Origin: Octopus vulgaris
Lineage: Eukaryota
Length of the DNA: 64,000 bases
NCBI GenBank assembly: GCA_951406725.2
Contig: OX597814.1
Span: 202,740,001-202,804,000, forward strand
Direction: 5' to 3'
Shown here piece after piece: positions 1 through 11,845 of this stretch. How positions within the stretch are numbered: position 1 is the first letter of the stretch; each line of letters opens with the position of its first letter. A program made the position numbers and the translations under genes. A model generated the notes under the pieces. The model saw only the letters and a program-made list of their open reading frames with translations, ran no database searches and was not told the DNA's origin.

Positions 1-345
1 ATTTCGTCTGCCGTTATGTTCTGAGTTCAAATTCCACCGAGGTCAACTTTGACTTTCATCCTTCTGGGGTCGATTAAATAAGTACCAGTTATGCACTGGG
101 GTCGATATAATCAACTTAATCCATTTGTCTGTCCTTGTTTGTCCTCTCTGTGTTTAGCCCCTTGTGGGTAGTAAAGAAATAGGTATTTCATTTGTCTTTA
201 CATTCTGAGTTCAAATTCCACTAAAGCCGACTTTGCCTTTCATCTTTTTGGGGTCAATAAGTACCAGTTGTGTACTGGAGTCGATCTAATTGCCTAGCCC
301 AATCCCCCCAAATTTCAGGCTTTGTGCCTAGAGTAGAGAAGAGTA
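1..345 (+). mobile_element. SINE family A (tRNA-like head, Meta-like central domain), two abutting/nested copies
   Basis: B-box-like GAGTTCAAATTCC followed by CTTTCATCCTT...GGGGTCGAT...AAGTACCAG occurs twice; about 10 related copies in the window. Confidence 0.85.
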
Positions 346-2012
346 TACTTGGTAGCATATCATGGTTGCTATGTGAAATGTAGTGTGCCTACCAGCAATT
401 AATCTTAAATTATAACGATGGTGTGAGTGTGTGCAGGTTTCTTTCAATTCCTATTGACTAGATTCATTAACAAGTAAAAAGGTGTTACAAAAACTTTAAG
501 ACCAGTATCATATGTATAACTGCAAAATGTAAGCAAAGGGAAATAACTGTAGTGGACCAGTGACGTGAATTTAGATAAGTCAGGTAGGCATTGATGCACT
601 GACTGATATTGGTGAAAAAAATTCTATATGAACTGGAATTTGCCTCTCAGGCGGACGAAAAACAGAAAGCAACGAAACTGGTTGGAATTGTTTGCAATTA
701 ACAAAGAAAAAGGAGATAATTTGAAGAAATTATCAAAAATTTATTTGTTTGAAAATGGAATTTTCTGCTTAAGGGAAAAATCTGATTTTAGTTAGGAAGC
801 AAAATGGAAGCTGTTGATAGCATCCAGATTAGAATGGCTTAAGAATTAAAAAAAAAAAAAATTACTGAAGAATCCAAAAGTTTGTATGGACAAATCTGTT
901 GTTGTTGTTGTTGTTAATTATTGTCGCTTTGGTTTCATTGTTTGCTTAATAGGAAGAACTAACTTTGTAGTTGTTAGTGAGAGAATGTGAATATGTAATC
1001 AAAATTGGTTATTGATTATATTTCATCGAAACATGCTTTGCGATATTTTCTATAGATTACTTTGTCATGAGCACAGGTATATTGGTAATTTTGACAGGAT
1101 GTGGCTACCATTGTCTGCTATAAAATAGTGTTTATATTTACGTATATATATATATATATATATTCATGTATGTATTTTTGTATTAATAGTTTATGGGATG
1201 TAAATGGGGGAAAAGGAAACTTGTTTATGCAAAATTGGAAAACAACAAAGAAAACTGTTGTGTTGATTGCACGGCTTTTAAGATTTTATTTGTAATTCAC
1301 CACTTTCATATGTTAGTCCATTTTTACTTGTAAATTTTATTTAACATAATATTTAGTCCATTAAAGTTGTCGGTTAACAATCTAAAATAATAGACTAACC
1401 CTGACACAGCAAAAACCAATTTATTATTCTATTTGCCTGACTAATTTTATTTATGGTTGAAAAACTGCAGCCATAAAAAAAAAGGTTCCATCGTCTGATA
1501 ACAGATGTAAAATCTCTGAATTAGCTAAATGATCCTTGCTAAAAGAGAACAAAGAAAATGCTTTTATTAAAGTCAAATTGTTTGTGCATTTAAATATTTG
1601 TAAATAGTAAAAGTAATTATGAGCCAGAATATTGAAAATCTGCATTTCTAATGCATTATCTGAAAAGAGAATTACTGCTGTTGTTTTTATTACCGGCTAA
1701 AGAATTTATTTTAGAAGTAAAATCTGGAATCCAAGGGAACAATTAAATATTACAGTTGTACACAAAGTTTTTCTGTATATTTTTATCATCATCACCGTCA
1801 TTGTTTAACATCCATTGTCCATGCTGGTTTGGATTAGAATTCAGCAAAAACCAACAAAACCCAAGCTCCAATATCTGCTTTCTACAGTTGAATACCCTTC
1901 CTAATACCAACCACTCCACAGTGTATTGGGTGCTTTTTTATAGCACTGTCAATAGTGAGTTCACCAAATAACTCACAAAACAAGACTCCCTAACATGAAT
2001 CAGAATGTAGTA

Positions 2013-2373
2013 TCCCTCTATATATAAATGGCAAAATGTGTGTGTGTGTGTGTCCTTTATACAAATCCCCAATTTTTCAGTTAGAGGGCTCGCACTTTCT
2101 ATGGTCATTCAAAACCGTCCAAGGGTGGTCATGCACATCTTTACCTTTCCCCAGTCACCCTGCAAAGCCATTAAAAAATCAATAGAAGTGACTTTCGGAA
2201 ACATTTTTTCACGCTCAGAGTTGCTGAAGCATGGAATAAACTGCCTGCGTCAGTTGTTGACTGCCATGACACTGCATCCTTTAAAGCCCTCATGCTTTCC
2301 GAAATCCGCCGAAACTACACCTGATTATATATACACTTTAGATGAGTTGTAGTGCACCTGAGCACTGTACACA

Positions 2374-2418
<45 letters not shown>

Positions 2419-2598
2419 GTGAATTTTCTATCCAAAACCCAATCAAAATGCCCGAAACTTGATACGCCAATTCAATACCAGCTAGCTGTATGTAACTGGT
2501 CGGAGATTTGAACAGTACTCACGTATATGTGCGCACGCACACAGCTGTATATGCATGCACTAGCACTATGACCCGGCGTTGCTGGGTCATAGTGCTAG
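2013..2598 (+). mobile_element. Non-autonomous Helitron-like element, interrupted by a LINE fragment
   Basis: A|TC 5' end, 3' hairpin plus CTAG|T; uninterrupted paralog at 39335-39700. Confidence 0.75.
2196..2418 (+). mobile_element. 5'-truncated CR1/L2-group LINE 3' end with (ATT)n tail
   Basis: Translates RKHFFTLRVAEAWNKLPASVVDCHDTASFK, a typical ORF2 C-terminus; stop at 2322-2324; absent from the paralogous Helitron copy. Confidence 0.85.
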
Positions 2599-2775
2599 TC
2601 GTATATAAATATAATCTTAAATGACTATCAGAGATCTGTTTTATGTCACGTAACTGTTTTTGCATCATTTAAACACTTCTTCATGTTCTTCATACCTATA
2701 ATAACTCTTTGGAAACTTCTCAACAACTTACACAGGGTGTCTTATAATAACTGGGACTGGAACAGACACATTTAT

Positions 2776-3003
2776 TAACCCTTTATCATTCAGATTACCC
2801 TGTCGGATGTATTATTTATTTATTCATATCACTTTGAGTTAATGTTGCATTATCTTGTAGTTTCAAGGTTTTGATAATGTGGTTGTTTATTTTTAGAATG
2901 ACATTGTAGGGAAAGTGTGAAAGACCAGATCTGACTAGTTTGAACATAAAACAAGTAGACTATTTTGGGCCTGATGTAGCTGTTTTAACTGCTAAAGGAT
3001 TAA
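2776..3003. mobile_element. piggyBac-like MITE (family G1)
   Basis: TTAA-CCCTTTA...CTAAAGGA-TTAA termini; related copies at 3057-3370 and 53755-54305. Confidence 0.65.
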
Positions 3004-3111
3004 GGAAAGTGTAAATACATAACCAAGATACAGGAGTTCATATCAATGGTCAGGGCTTAACCTTTTAGCATTCAGATTACTCTGTCAAATACAATACTTG
3101 TTTATTTTCAT

Positions 3112-3345
3112 TCATCATCATTTAACGTCCGCTTTCCATGCTAGCATGGGTTGGACGATGGGTTGGACGATTTGACTGGCACAAGTGCCAGTAAGGCAAC
3201 GCACGTAACAATCGCACTCGAATGATGGTTTTACATGCCACTAGCACGGAGGTGATCTTGTTGCTCTGGCAACAATCATGCTCGTATGGTACTCTTAGCG
3301 CTCCACTAGCACGGATGCCAGTCATTGAATTTGATTTCGATTTCA
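3112..3345 (-). mobile_element. SINE family C, internally deleted, inserted into a second G1 MITE
   Basis: (CAT)n tail plus TTTAACGTCCGCTTTCCATGCTAGCATGGGTTGG; G1 sequence resumes at about 3346. Confidence 0.75.
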
Positions 3346-4086
3346 TTATTTTGAATTAATCACGCATGACCTTGTGATGTCTTTGGTCATTGTTGACAAT
3401 GATGGGCAAACTTTTGTAATCATTATGTGACACCATGTATATCAGTTCCATGTATATCCCATATATTGAAACAATATCATATCTTAAGATATATCAATAT
3501 CATATTCAATGTGACATCTTGTTTAATATCAGGACAAAATTTTTTTCGACACTGCATAAAATCTTTTTGTTTCATGACTATAAATGTTATCGCTTCTCTT
3601 TTTCTTTGGTTTTTCATTTAAATCAATCACAATTTGATCCAAAAACTAACTTTAGTTTTGGGCACTTGTATAAATTATGTTAGGAAACTTAATTAAGAAC
3701 ACTTAGAGTATTAAATAAGTCCAAAAACTATATCTTTCATATTCACAGTTAATTGAGATTGCATGTGGAAAAGAATATTTCCAAATATTTTCAAACATTA
3801 TAGAAATTTGCTAATTACCATTTCCTAATGTTTGTATGTTTGCAATAATTATGACAAATGTATTTATATTTTCAATATATTTAATAATTTGTTTTGTGGT
3901 TCAGTAATATTTTCAAAACCATATTGAACATTTGTGAAAGAATTTTATGTTTATTTCTTAATTTTGCTCCAATGAAACTAGTGAGCAGTGTTTGCTTGCT
4001 GCTCAACTTGTTACAAATAGTAGCTAAATTGCCTTCAGAATACTTTTAGAGAGTAAAGTAATTAGTAAGATAGCAGAATCTTTAGC

Positions 4087-4720
4087 ATCATCATCATCGT
4101 TGTCATCGTTTAATGTCTGCTTTCCATGCTGGCATAGGTTGGATGGTTTGACTCAGGGCTGGCGAACCAGATGGCTGCACCAGGCTCCAATCCAATCTGG
4201 CAGTGTTTCTACAGCTGGATGCCCTTCCTAATGCCAACCACTCCGAGAGTGTAGTGGGTGCTTTTTACATGCCACTGGCATGAGGGCTAGTCAGGTGGTA
4301 CTGGTATCAGCCACACTCGAATGGTGCTTTTTACGTGCCAGCAGCACAGGGGCCACTCAGGTGGTACTAGTATCATCAGCCATGCTCGAATAATGCTTTT
4401 TACGTGCCAGCAGTACAGGGGCCACTCAGGTGGTACTTGCATCAGCTACGATCGAATGGTGCTTTTTACATGCCATCGGCAAAGGACCAGTCAGCCAGCA
4501 CTGGCATTGACCATGCTCAAATGGTGCTTTTTATGTGCCACCAGCACAGGTGCCAATGAGGCAGTACTGTCATCGGACACGTTGATGACTTCACTTGCCT
4601 CAACAGGTCTTTGCAAGCGCATTTTATTGCCCAATGATTGAAGCATACTCTTAAATGGGCTGATTATGCATAGGCCACGATTACGATCTCACTTGGTTTG
4701 CCGGGTCTTCTCAAGCACAG
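4087..4720 (-). mobile_element. SINE family C ((ATG)n tail) with about 5 internal ~62-67 bp tandem units
   Basis: Conserved CTACAGCTGGATGCCCTTCCTAA block; repeated GGTGCTTTTTACGTGCCA unit. Confidence 0.85.
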
Positions 4721-5193
4721 CATATAAAATTTATAGCAGTATTTCTTCTGACTTTTTACATTCTGAGCTCAACTCCTGCCGAGATCAACTCTGCTTTCAT
4801 CCCTTCTGGGTCAATAAAATAAAGTACCAGTCAACTTCTGTAATGAATGACTTGTCCCTTCCTCCCTCGTGTCAAAATTGCTGGCATTGAATCCTGCAAT
4901 GGACTAGTGTCCTGTTCAATCACATAATCTTCATCACATATACATCATGAAAAACCACAGGTGACCAGCTTGAGTCCTTGGGCTCAAGAAAAGAAAAAGA
5001 AAACATTGAGTAATGAAGTCCTAGATATACAAAAAGATGAAATAGTTTTAAATGGAATTTCCTTAATCATAGGTTAATGACTGTTAAAAATACAAAATAT
5101 ATTGGAAGGAAACAAATTATTCCAGCAACGGTTAGCAAGAATGCTAGATGTATTTTGGCTTATTTCTTTGTTCCGTTTATATTTCAATTTTGG

Positions 5194-5650
5194 TGAAGGC
5201 ACATAGCCTTGTGGTTAGGGTATTGCACTCATAAGGCGGCAAGCCAGCAGAAACGTTAGCACGCCGTGCGAAATACTTGGAGGTATTTCGTCCTCAGAAC
5301 ATAGTTCTGAGTTCAAATTCCACCAAGGTCAACTTTGCCTTTCATCCTTTCGGGGTCGATTAAATAAGTACCAGTTATGCACTGGGGTCGATATAATCGA
5401 CTTAATAAATTTGTCTGTACTTGTTTGTCCTCTCTGTGTTTAGCCCCTTGTGGGTAGTAAAGAAATAGGTATTGCACTCATACTCGCTAGGTCATGGGTT
5501 CAATTTTTAGACAGGGTGGCATGTTCTGTTCTTGAGCAAAACACTTCATTTTACATTACTCTAGTTCACTCAGCTGTAAATGGGTCACCTAGTGACCGGA
5601 TAATTTTCTGATCAGGAGGAACGTTGGCCTGCTTGTCCAACCAGTGGAGT
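5194..5650 (+). mobile_element. SINE family D (tRNA head, CORE-like TTGAGCAAAACACTT) interrupted by a family A copy
   Basis: Head GAAGGCACATAGCCTTGTGGTTAGGG; resumes at 5468 with B-box GGGTTCAATT. Confidence 0.7.
5234..5467 (+). mobile_element. Full-length SINE family A with 15-bp TSD
   Basis: TSD GGTATTGCACTCATA at 5219-5233 and 5468-5482. Confidence 0.92.
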
Positions 5651-5709
5651 GGTGATCTTTCAAAAGATAAAACAATGCGAAGCACGTTGTGACCAGCAAT
5701 GTATGACAA

Positions 5710-5870
5710 CAAAGGTGTCATGCTGTAGGGACAATACATGGTTACCACATTACCAGAGAAAGAAGATGATAGTGAGGATGTGTCAGGAGGTGCTCTCAAG
5801 TTACAGAAAGAGAAAAGGTTTGGATGTGTAAGGAAGTTTGGGGGAATATGAGAAATGACAGATGAACAGT
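5710..5870 (-). repeat. Repeat F (probable LINE 3' UTR); inverted relative to the copy at 9095-9260
   Basis: Reverse complement aligns by eye with 9095-9260. Confidence 0.65.
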
Positions 5871-6595
5871 CTGGTTGCTACTGTGATACCATGATATTTC
5901 AAGTTTAGTAAAAATTTCAGTTCCAACATTAATGTCGGTTTATGAAAGCATCTGAGGTTCTGAGACTCAAACCCTCTTCCCAAATAAAATATGTAGGAAA
6001 TGGTTTAAAAACAAATGAAATTACTTGATTCTAAACTGCTATTCCGGATTATGAGTGTTGTACTTTATGACAATATTAGATGCTTTTATATGATTTGGTG
6101 GTTATTAAAGGATAGAGACGGGAAGATTGCCAATGAAATTATGCAAAAGAGAACCACACAAAGAAACAAGATTTACTAAAATCGTTTGATTTGGGAAAGA
6201 TCTAAAAAGAAATATCTTTTTAATAAGGAAATAATCCAAAGAAATTACTTGGGCATCTTCTATATTTATGTCAATAATCCTCAGATTAATTTAGGAAATG
6301 TTATTTAACTTAGATATTTTATCCTCAAAATAGCAGCCATTAGAGTAATATATCATTTACAACAGCACAGAGATTCAGTTTTGCTTTTTGTTTTTGTTGC
6401 ATGGCTGTGTGGCTAAGAAATTTGCTTTGCCACAACAGGATTTCAGGACTGGCTCCACAGCATGGCACCTCGGGAAAGTGTTTGCTTCTGTAGCACAAGG
6501 CTGACCAATATCTTGCAAATGAATTTGGTAAATAGTAACTGTGGAAGCTTCTCATTTGTGTGTGTGTGTAGATATGTATATATATATATATATGT

Positions 6596-6997
6596 AGGTG
6601 CAGGATTGGCTGTGTGGTAAGTAGCTTGCTTACCAACCACATGGTTCCAGGTTCAGTCCCACTGTGTGGCACCTTGGTCAAGTGTCTTCTACTATAGCTT
6701 TGGGCCGACCAAAGCCTTGTGAATGGATTTGATAGACGGAAACTGAAAGAAGCCTGTCATATATATGTATGTATGTATATATTGTTTGTGTGTTTCTTCC
6801 CCCCCCCCCCGCATCGCTTGAAATCCGATGCTGGTGTGTTTACATCCCCATAACTTAGTGGTTCAGAAAAAAGAAACCAATAGAATAAGTACTAGGCTTA
6901 CTAAGAAGAAGCCCTGGGGTTGATTTGCTCGACTAAAAGGTGGTGCTCCAGCATGGCTGCAGTCAAATGACTGAAACAAGTAAAAGACTAAAAGAAT
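6596..6997 (+). mobile_element. Full-length SINE family B (tRNA head, internal (TA/TG)n, GTAAAAGA tail)
   Basis: A-box TGGCTGTGTGG, B-box GGTTCAGTCCC, then ACCTTGG.CAAGT; more than 15 copies in the window; an older partial copy precedes it at ~6398-6556. Confidence 0.9.
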
Positions 6998-7489
6998 ATA
7001 TTCATGTGTGTATATATGTATATATATTGTTTGTTGTAGTTTAATTTTAAAGTTATCGTTTAATCCTGCCTATATTTAGATTGAATGAATGTGGATATTA
7101 AGCTTTCACTTTTATATTATACCATGGAAGACGGTAAGGAGTATTTTTGCATGACTTAAAGGTTTGGTCGTGGTTTAGTTACCTATTTAGGAGTTTGGTT
7201 ATTGATTTACTTATTGAGTAAATTTGTTTGGAAGTTGTAGATTCTTTGGTATATTTGCTCCCAAACAACACTTATATTAGTGCTGTTGACACCACTGGAT
7301 TGAATGTTACTGTCCAGGTGTCAAAACCATAATGATATCTGTGGGGCAGCTGATGATGGAGGTATGTTGGAGTTTTGGTATGACTGTTTTTGTATATGTG
7401 TAATAGTGTTAACACATCCTTTTGGTATATATATATATATATATATATATATCCTTAAATATAATATGTGACAATTATTTGGTAGCCAT

Positions 7490-7550
7490 GATAAAACTCC
7501 AAGTTTCGGATGTCGGGGCGGAAACCCACACTGCCTTCTCTTCAGTTATC
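7490..7550 (-). ncRNA. Type I hammerhead ribozyme-like motif
   Basis: Minus strand reads GATAA-CTGAAGA-stemII-C-GAAAC-TTGGA-GTT-TTATC; stem I GATAA/TTATC, stem III ACT/AGT. Confidence 0.55.
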
Positions 7551-7632
7551 GGGCGATCAAAAAAAATTTTATTAAAATTAGTCATTTTCAGAGTCAGTCA
7601 GAGTCATGTTCATAACATTTTTTCGATGGCTC

Positions 7633-7693
7633 AATAACTGAAGAGATGGCGGCATGGGTTTCCACTCCGACATCTGAAACTCTGTGTTTTATC
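7633..7693 (+). ncRNA. Type I hammerhead ribozyme-like motif (second arm)
   Basis: AATAA-CTGAAGA-GATGGCGG...CCGACATC-T-GAAAC-TCTGT-GTT-TTATC. Confidence 0.5.
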
Positions 7694-7726
7694 ATGGCTA
7701 CCGAATAATTGTGAAATAATTTCTAT

Positions 7727-7762
<36 letters not shown>

Positions 7763-7766
<4 letters not shown>

Positions 7767-7980
7767 GTAAATGTGATGACAAGCAAATTAAGCAAGTCAA
7801 TTTACACACAATATTAAATACATTTAATAGAAAAATGTGTATGGATATAAAATAGTCTGGCTTACAGAATATAAATATCAGGAGTTAAATGGGTAGAGTT
7901 TTAGGGGTCCAACAGCTTTTTCTGGGGGCAGGTTTGTGTCAGTCGACTTGCTTAACTTGGTTATCATCACATTTACTCAT
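7763..7980. mobile_element. Inverted-repeat element with ~45-bp arms adjoining (TA)n
   Basis: ATGGGTAAATGTGATGACAAGCAAATTAAGCAAGTC versus GACTTGCTTAACTTGGTTATCATCACATTTACTCAT. Confidence 0.7.
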
Positions 7981-9059
7981 CTACAGGCTCAAGTTCAAAT
8001 CTCTTGACCACTTCGAAGTGCATTCTGTACAGAGAACGCCTGTCACTAACCTATAAACTACACACACACACACACACACACACACACTTCATTTTTGTAT
8101 TCGGTTTGTAAAATTCCTTATGTGAATTTGTGTGTTAAAACAAATCTGTGACCCAGAGTAGACCTTGAAGATAGAAAGGGCAAGTCATTGAAAAGGTTGT
8201 AAATAGCAATGAAAGGACTTTGACTAACAAACAAGCAATTAATTTTTGACCCAGCACACTAAACAAACTTCTAGTTAATTAGTTGGTTGGATATTTACTC
8301 AATCGACAAACAATTAAGAAGTGATACTGAATCTGTGTGTATTATAATCTTCGCAAGTCAAACAATCCACACTCACAAACACACACACACACACACACAC
8401 ACATGTACATGAGTGTGTGTGTTTCTATGTATGTGTTCGTATTTGCTACCTCCCATAATTTGACAGTCATGTTGGTTTGTTTACATCCCTGTAACTTCAC
8501 AGTTTGGCAAATGAGACTGAATATAGAAGTCAAAAAATAAATACTGCAGTCAATTTGTTTGACTAAGCCCTTTAGCATGGTTATACTCCAATTACTGGAA
8601 CAAAATATGTGTATAAATACATATTGTTTTGTGTACAAAATTGGGGAAAATGATTAGGTTTTATAACCTGATATAAAATACAAGAGTGGCTTATAACAAA
8701 TATTTTTTGTATATTTCTTGTATTAGACATATATTGCTACTAGGAATAATGGTTTAATAAAATCATCATACTGTCTTGAAATAATTCTGGTTATGTTGTC
8801 ATTTTTTTTTCCATCATATCAATTACAAACATAATTCTTTATTCCATTAAACTCAGGAGTGAAGGTTTGACAGAACTGTTAGAACATTGGATGAAATATC
8901 TTGCAGTATTTCTTGTGACTCAATACATTCTGAATTCAAATACTGCAAAGGTCAACTTTACTTTTTTCATCCCTCCAGGGTCATGAAGTACCAGTATAAT
9001 ACTGGGACTGATTTAATCGATTTGCCCCCTCCTTTCAAAATTGCTACCTTTGAGTCTGT

Positions 9060-9570
9060 CAGAAACTGCATTCCTCCACCACCACTGCATTTCCCTCTAT
9101 TCATCTGTCACTTCTCATACCCCCCCCCCAAACGTCTTTGCATACCCAAAACTTTTGTTTTCTTGTAACTTAAGAGCATGTCCTGACACGTCCTCACTAT
9201 TATCCTCTTCCTCTGCCAACTGTGGTAATCATGTATTCCCCCTACAGTAAGGCGCCTTTTTCTGTCCTTTTATTATACTTTAGCCTCTCATCATCTGGCA
9301 TAAAACCATCTCCCTCAACACTACACACCCACTCTGTTGAAGAGTCTTGTCTTATTAGTCACTTGGTGACCTCACTAATGCTGGTGCCATGTCAAAAGCA
9401 TCCAGCAGTACATACTGTATAGTGCATTAGGAAGGGCATGCGTCCTTAGAAGCCAGGCCAGAGCAGACACTCGAGTTTGATGCAGTTGTTGGACTTGCCA
9501 GCTCCTGTCAAACTGTCCAACCCATGCCAACATGAAAAACAGATGTTAAATGGTGATGATGATGATGATC
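9060..9570 (+). mobile_element. Repeat F continuing into the family C 3' end (candidate LINE 3' UTR)
   Basis: F sequence followed by AGGAAGGGCAT...CCAACCCATGCC...(GAT)n; a similar arrangement occurs at 46940-47330. Confidence 0.6.
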
Positions 9571-9630
9571 TTACTTTTTTGAGCAGAGCATTTTTGAAAT
9601 CCTGTGACTTGTGCATTTGTAATCTAAATT

Positions 9631-9920
9631 ATCATCATCGTTTAACGTCCGCTTTCTATGCTGGCATGGGTTGGACGGTTCGACCGGGGTCTGGGAAGCC
9701 AGGAGGCTGCACCAGGCTCCAAACTGATTTGGCAGTGTTTCTACAGCTGGATGCCCTTCCTAATGCCAACCACTCCAAGAGTGTAGTGGGTGCTTTTTAA
9801 ATGTTATCAACACGGGTGCCAGTCAGATGGTACTGGCATCAACCACACTCGAATGGTGCTTTTTACATGCCACTGGCACAGGAACCAGTCAGGTAGTACT
9901 GGCATCAGCCAGCGGTACTT
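9631..9920 (-). mobile_element. SINE family C
   Basis: (CAT)n tail, conserved body and two internal units. Confidence 0.85.
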
Positions 9921-10713
9921 AAATGTAAAGTAATATAAAACTGTTTTGAATGTAGTGTCAAGAAAAAAGAAATTACAATTCAATTGAATAAATACAGGTT
10001 ATAGCTCTCCATTTTAGCAAAATGCTACCAGCAGATTTAAGCTATTCGTTACGAAGCCAGTCTTCACCTCTGTAACTTTCTGTTCAAAAACCTATAAAAA
10101 TATATTTCTTGCTCACAAACTGATTTGCTATTGGCAGAAATTAACCTTGTAATCTCTCTCCTGCTTCAGAAACTCCATACTAATCTGATTTTCAATTTGG
10201 CAGAATTCTTAAGGTCAAATCTTTTGCCTTTTTTTTTAACTATGGGAATTTGGCAAACTTTTCAGTAATTTGGTTCTGTTATTGCTCAGAATAAATAAAC
10301 TTTAGTTGTGCTGTGAAAAGTCTTTTGATTTCAGAAGTGGAAATTTATGTAGCAAATACATAAAGCTTGTTGTTGTTGTTGTATAGCCCCTGGTCAGATC
10401 CGATTGAGCAGACTTATGTATGATCTTAGGCATTCTAGATGTGGTCGTCCTAGCTTTTACCTATCTGCAAGGAAACCAACACCGCATTATCCTACATGTA
10501 TCTTTCCTAAAGATGGTAGAATGTTAGTTTAGGAAGATTTAGCTGCTATTTCTTGTAGGTTGAGCAATGCTATTACATATTTTTCTAACCTGTTAACACA
10601 GCTCTTAGATTCCAACCAACTGTTGATTATATTTTGATTGTATACTGTATTTTCCAATCTTATTTCATCCCATATATCTCACTAATCAAATCCAATTGTA
10701 ATGCAACTACATG

Positions 10714-10758
10714 TTCTCTCTCTCTCTCTCTCTCCCCCCTCTCTCTCTCTCTCTCTCC

Positions 10759-10797
<39 letters not shown>

Positions 10798-10798
10798 A
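10714..10798. repeat. Compound (CT)n(CA)n microsatellite
   Basis: Direct reading. Confidence 0.95.
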
Positions 10799-11450
10799 TC
10801 AACCATTTCTTTTATATACAATTCTAAGCGCTAACATTTCTATAATTTATTTCAAATAATGTTGCATTTAACCAATTTATTTAAGATATGACTTGAAGCT
10901 ATGTTAACTTAAATGATGACTTATAATCAACAGACCCACATTTCTTCTTACAATTCAATCTGTTGCATTTTCTGAAATATTTGACAAAAGTACTTCTAAG
11001 GTTCATTCATTCATCTGCCATGATAGTGTCCCTACAATCCAAAACATTTTCATAAGATTGTCCTCAACAGCCATGCTTGTTTTCACACCTTTAATTAACA
11101 CTTGCTTCATGCACTCTAAGTAATATAAAGCTTTCCTTTCATAAGCTCAAAGTTACTCTGGTAGTTGGAAAATGTTGGGAACGTGTATCATATACGATAA
11201 ATGGACCTCGGGGGAAATCTGTCCCCTGTATCCCATGATACACAAGATAGGCAAAGGGGTAATTAGTCAACTGGTCCCTTCCCCAAACCACTTCTTATTG
11301 ACACCTGTTCTTTATTCTTACTATCATCACCACTACATGTATTCTACAGCATTCACTCCCATCTTGGGTTTAACCATCTCTCGTTCTTCCCCGACTCTTG
11401 CAAACTTTAACCCTTGCCGCTCATCCCCTTTCACTCAATCCCTCTTCTAT

Positions 11451-11845
11451 CTTTTATCTTTTGCTTGTTTTAATCATTGGACTGCGGCCATGCTGGGGCA
11501 CTGCCTTGAGGAATTGTTAGTCAAATGAATTGACACCAGTATTATTTTTTAAGCCTGGTACCTATTTTATTGGTTTTTTTTACTGAATTACTAAGTTACA
11601 GGGATGTAAACACACCAACACCGGTTGTCAAGTGGTGATGGAGGGAAAAACAGCCACAAAGGCACACACATACATAGATGTACATACAATGGGCCTCTTT
11701 CAGTTTCTGTCTACTAAATCCACTCAGAAGGCTTTGGTGAGCCCGGGGTTATAGAAGAAGACGCTTACCTAAAGTGTCACACAGTGGAACTGAATCTGAA
11801 ACCATGTGGTTGGGAAGCAAGCTTCTTACCACACAGCCACGCTTA
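11451..11845 (-). mobile_element. SINE family B
   Basis: Reverse complement of the family B consensus from tail to head. Confidence 0.85.

Larger units (their letters stand above)
7471..7712. mobile_element. Palindromic (foldback) element in (TA)n, probably Penelope-like-derived
   Basis: ~95-bp inverted arms at 7471-7566 and 7618-7712, flanked on both sides by (TA)n. Confidence 0.75.

Noticed and set aside
4250-4575. Repeat-spacer-like array resembling CRISPR (also 19541-19722, 42585-42830)
   Set aside because: The intervening parts are homologous to each other, the arrays sit inside a SINE, there are no cas genes, and the context is eukaryotic
7100-7330. Possible PLE GIY-YIG C-terminus on the minus strand (NLLNK)
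   Set aside because: Only five residues match; the flanking Cys/His motifs are absent
9477-9800. Recurring ORF peptide FLQLDALPNANHSESVVGAF in many ORFs
   Set aside because: It is the antisense translation of SINE family C, not a gene family
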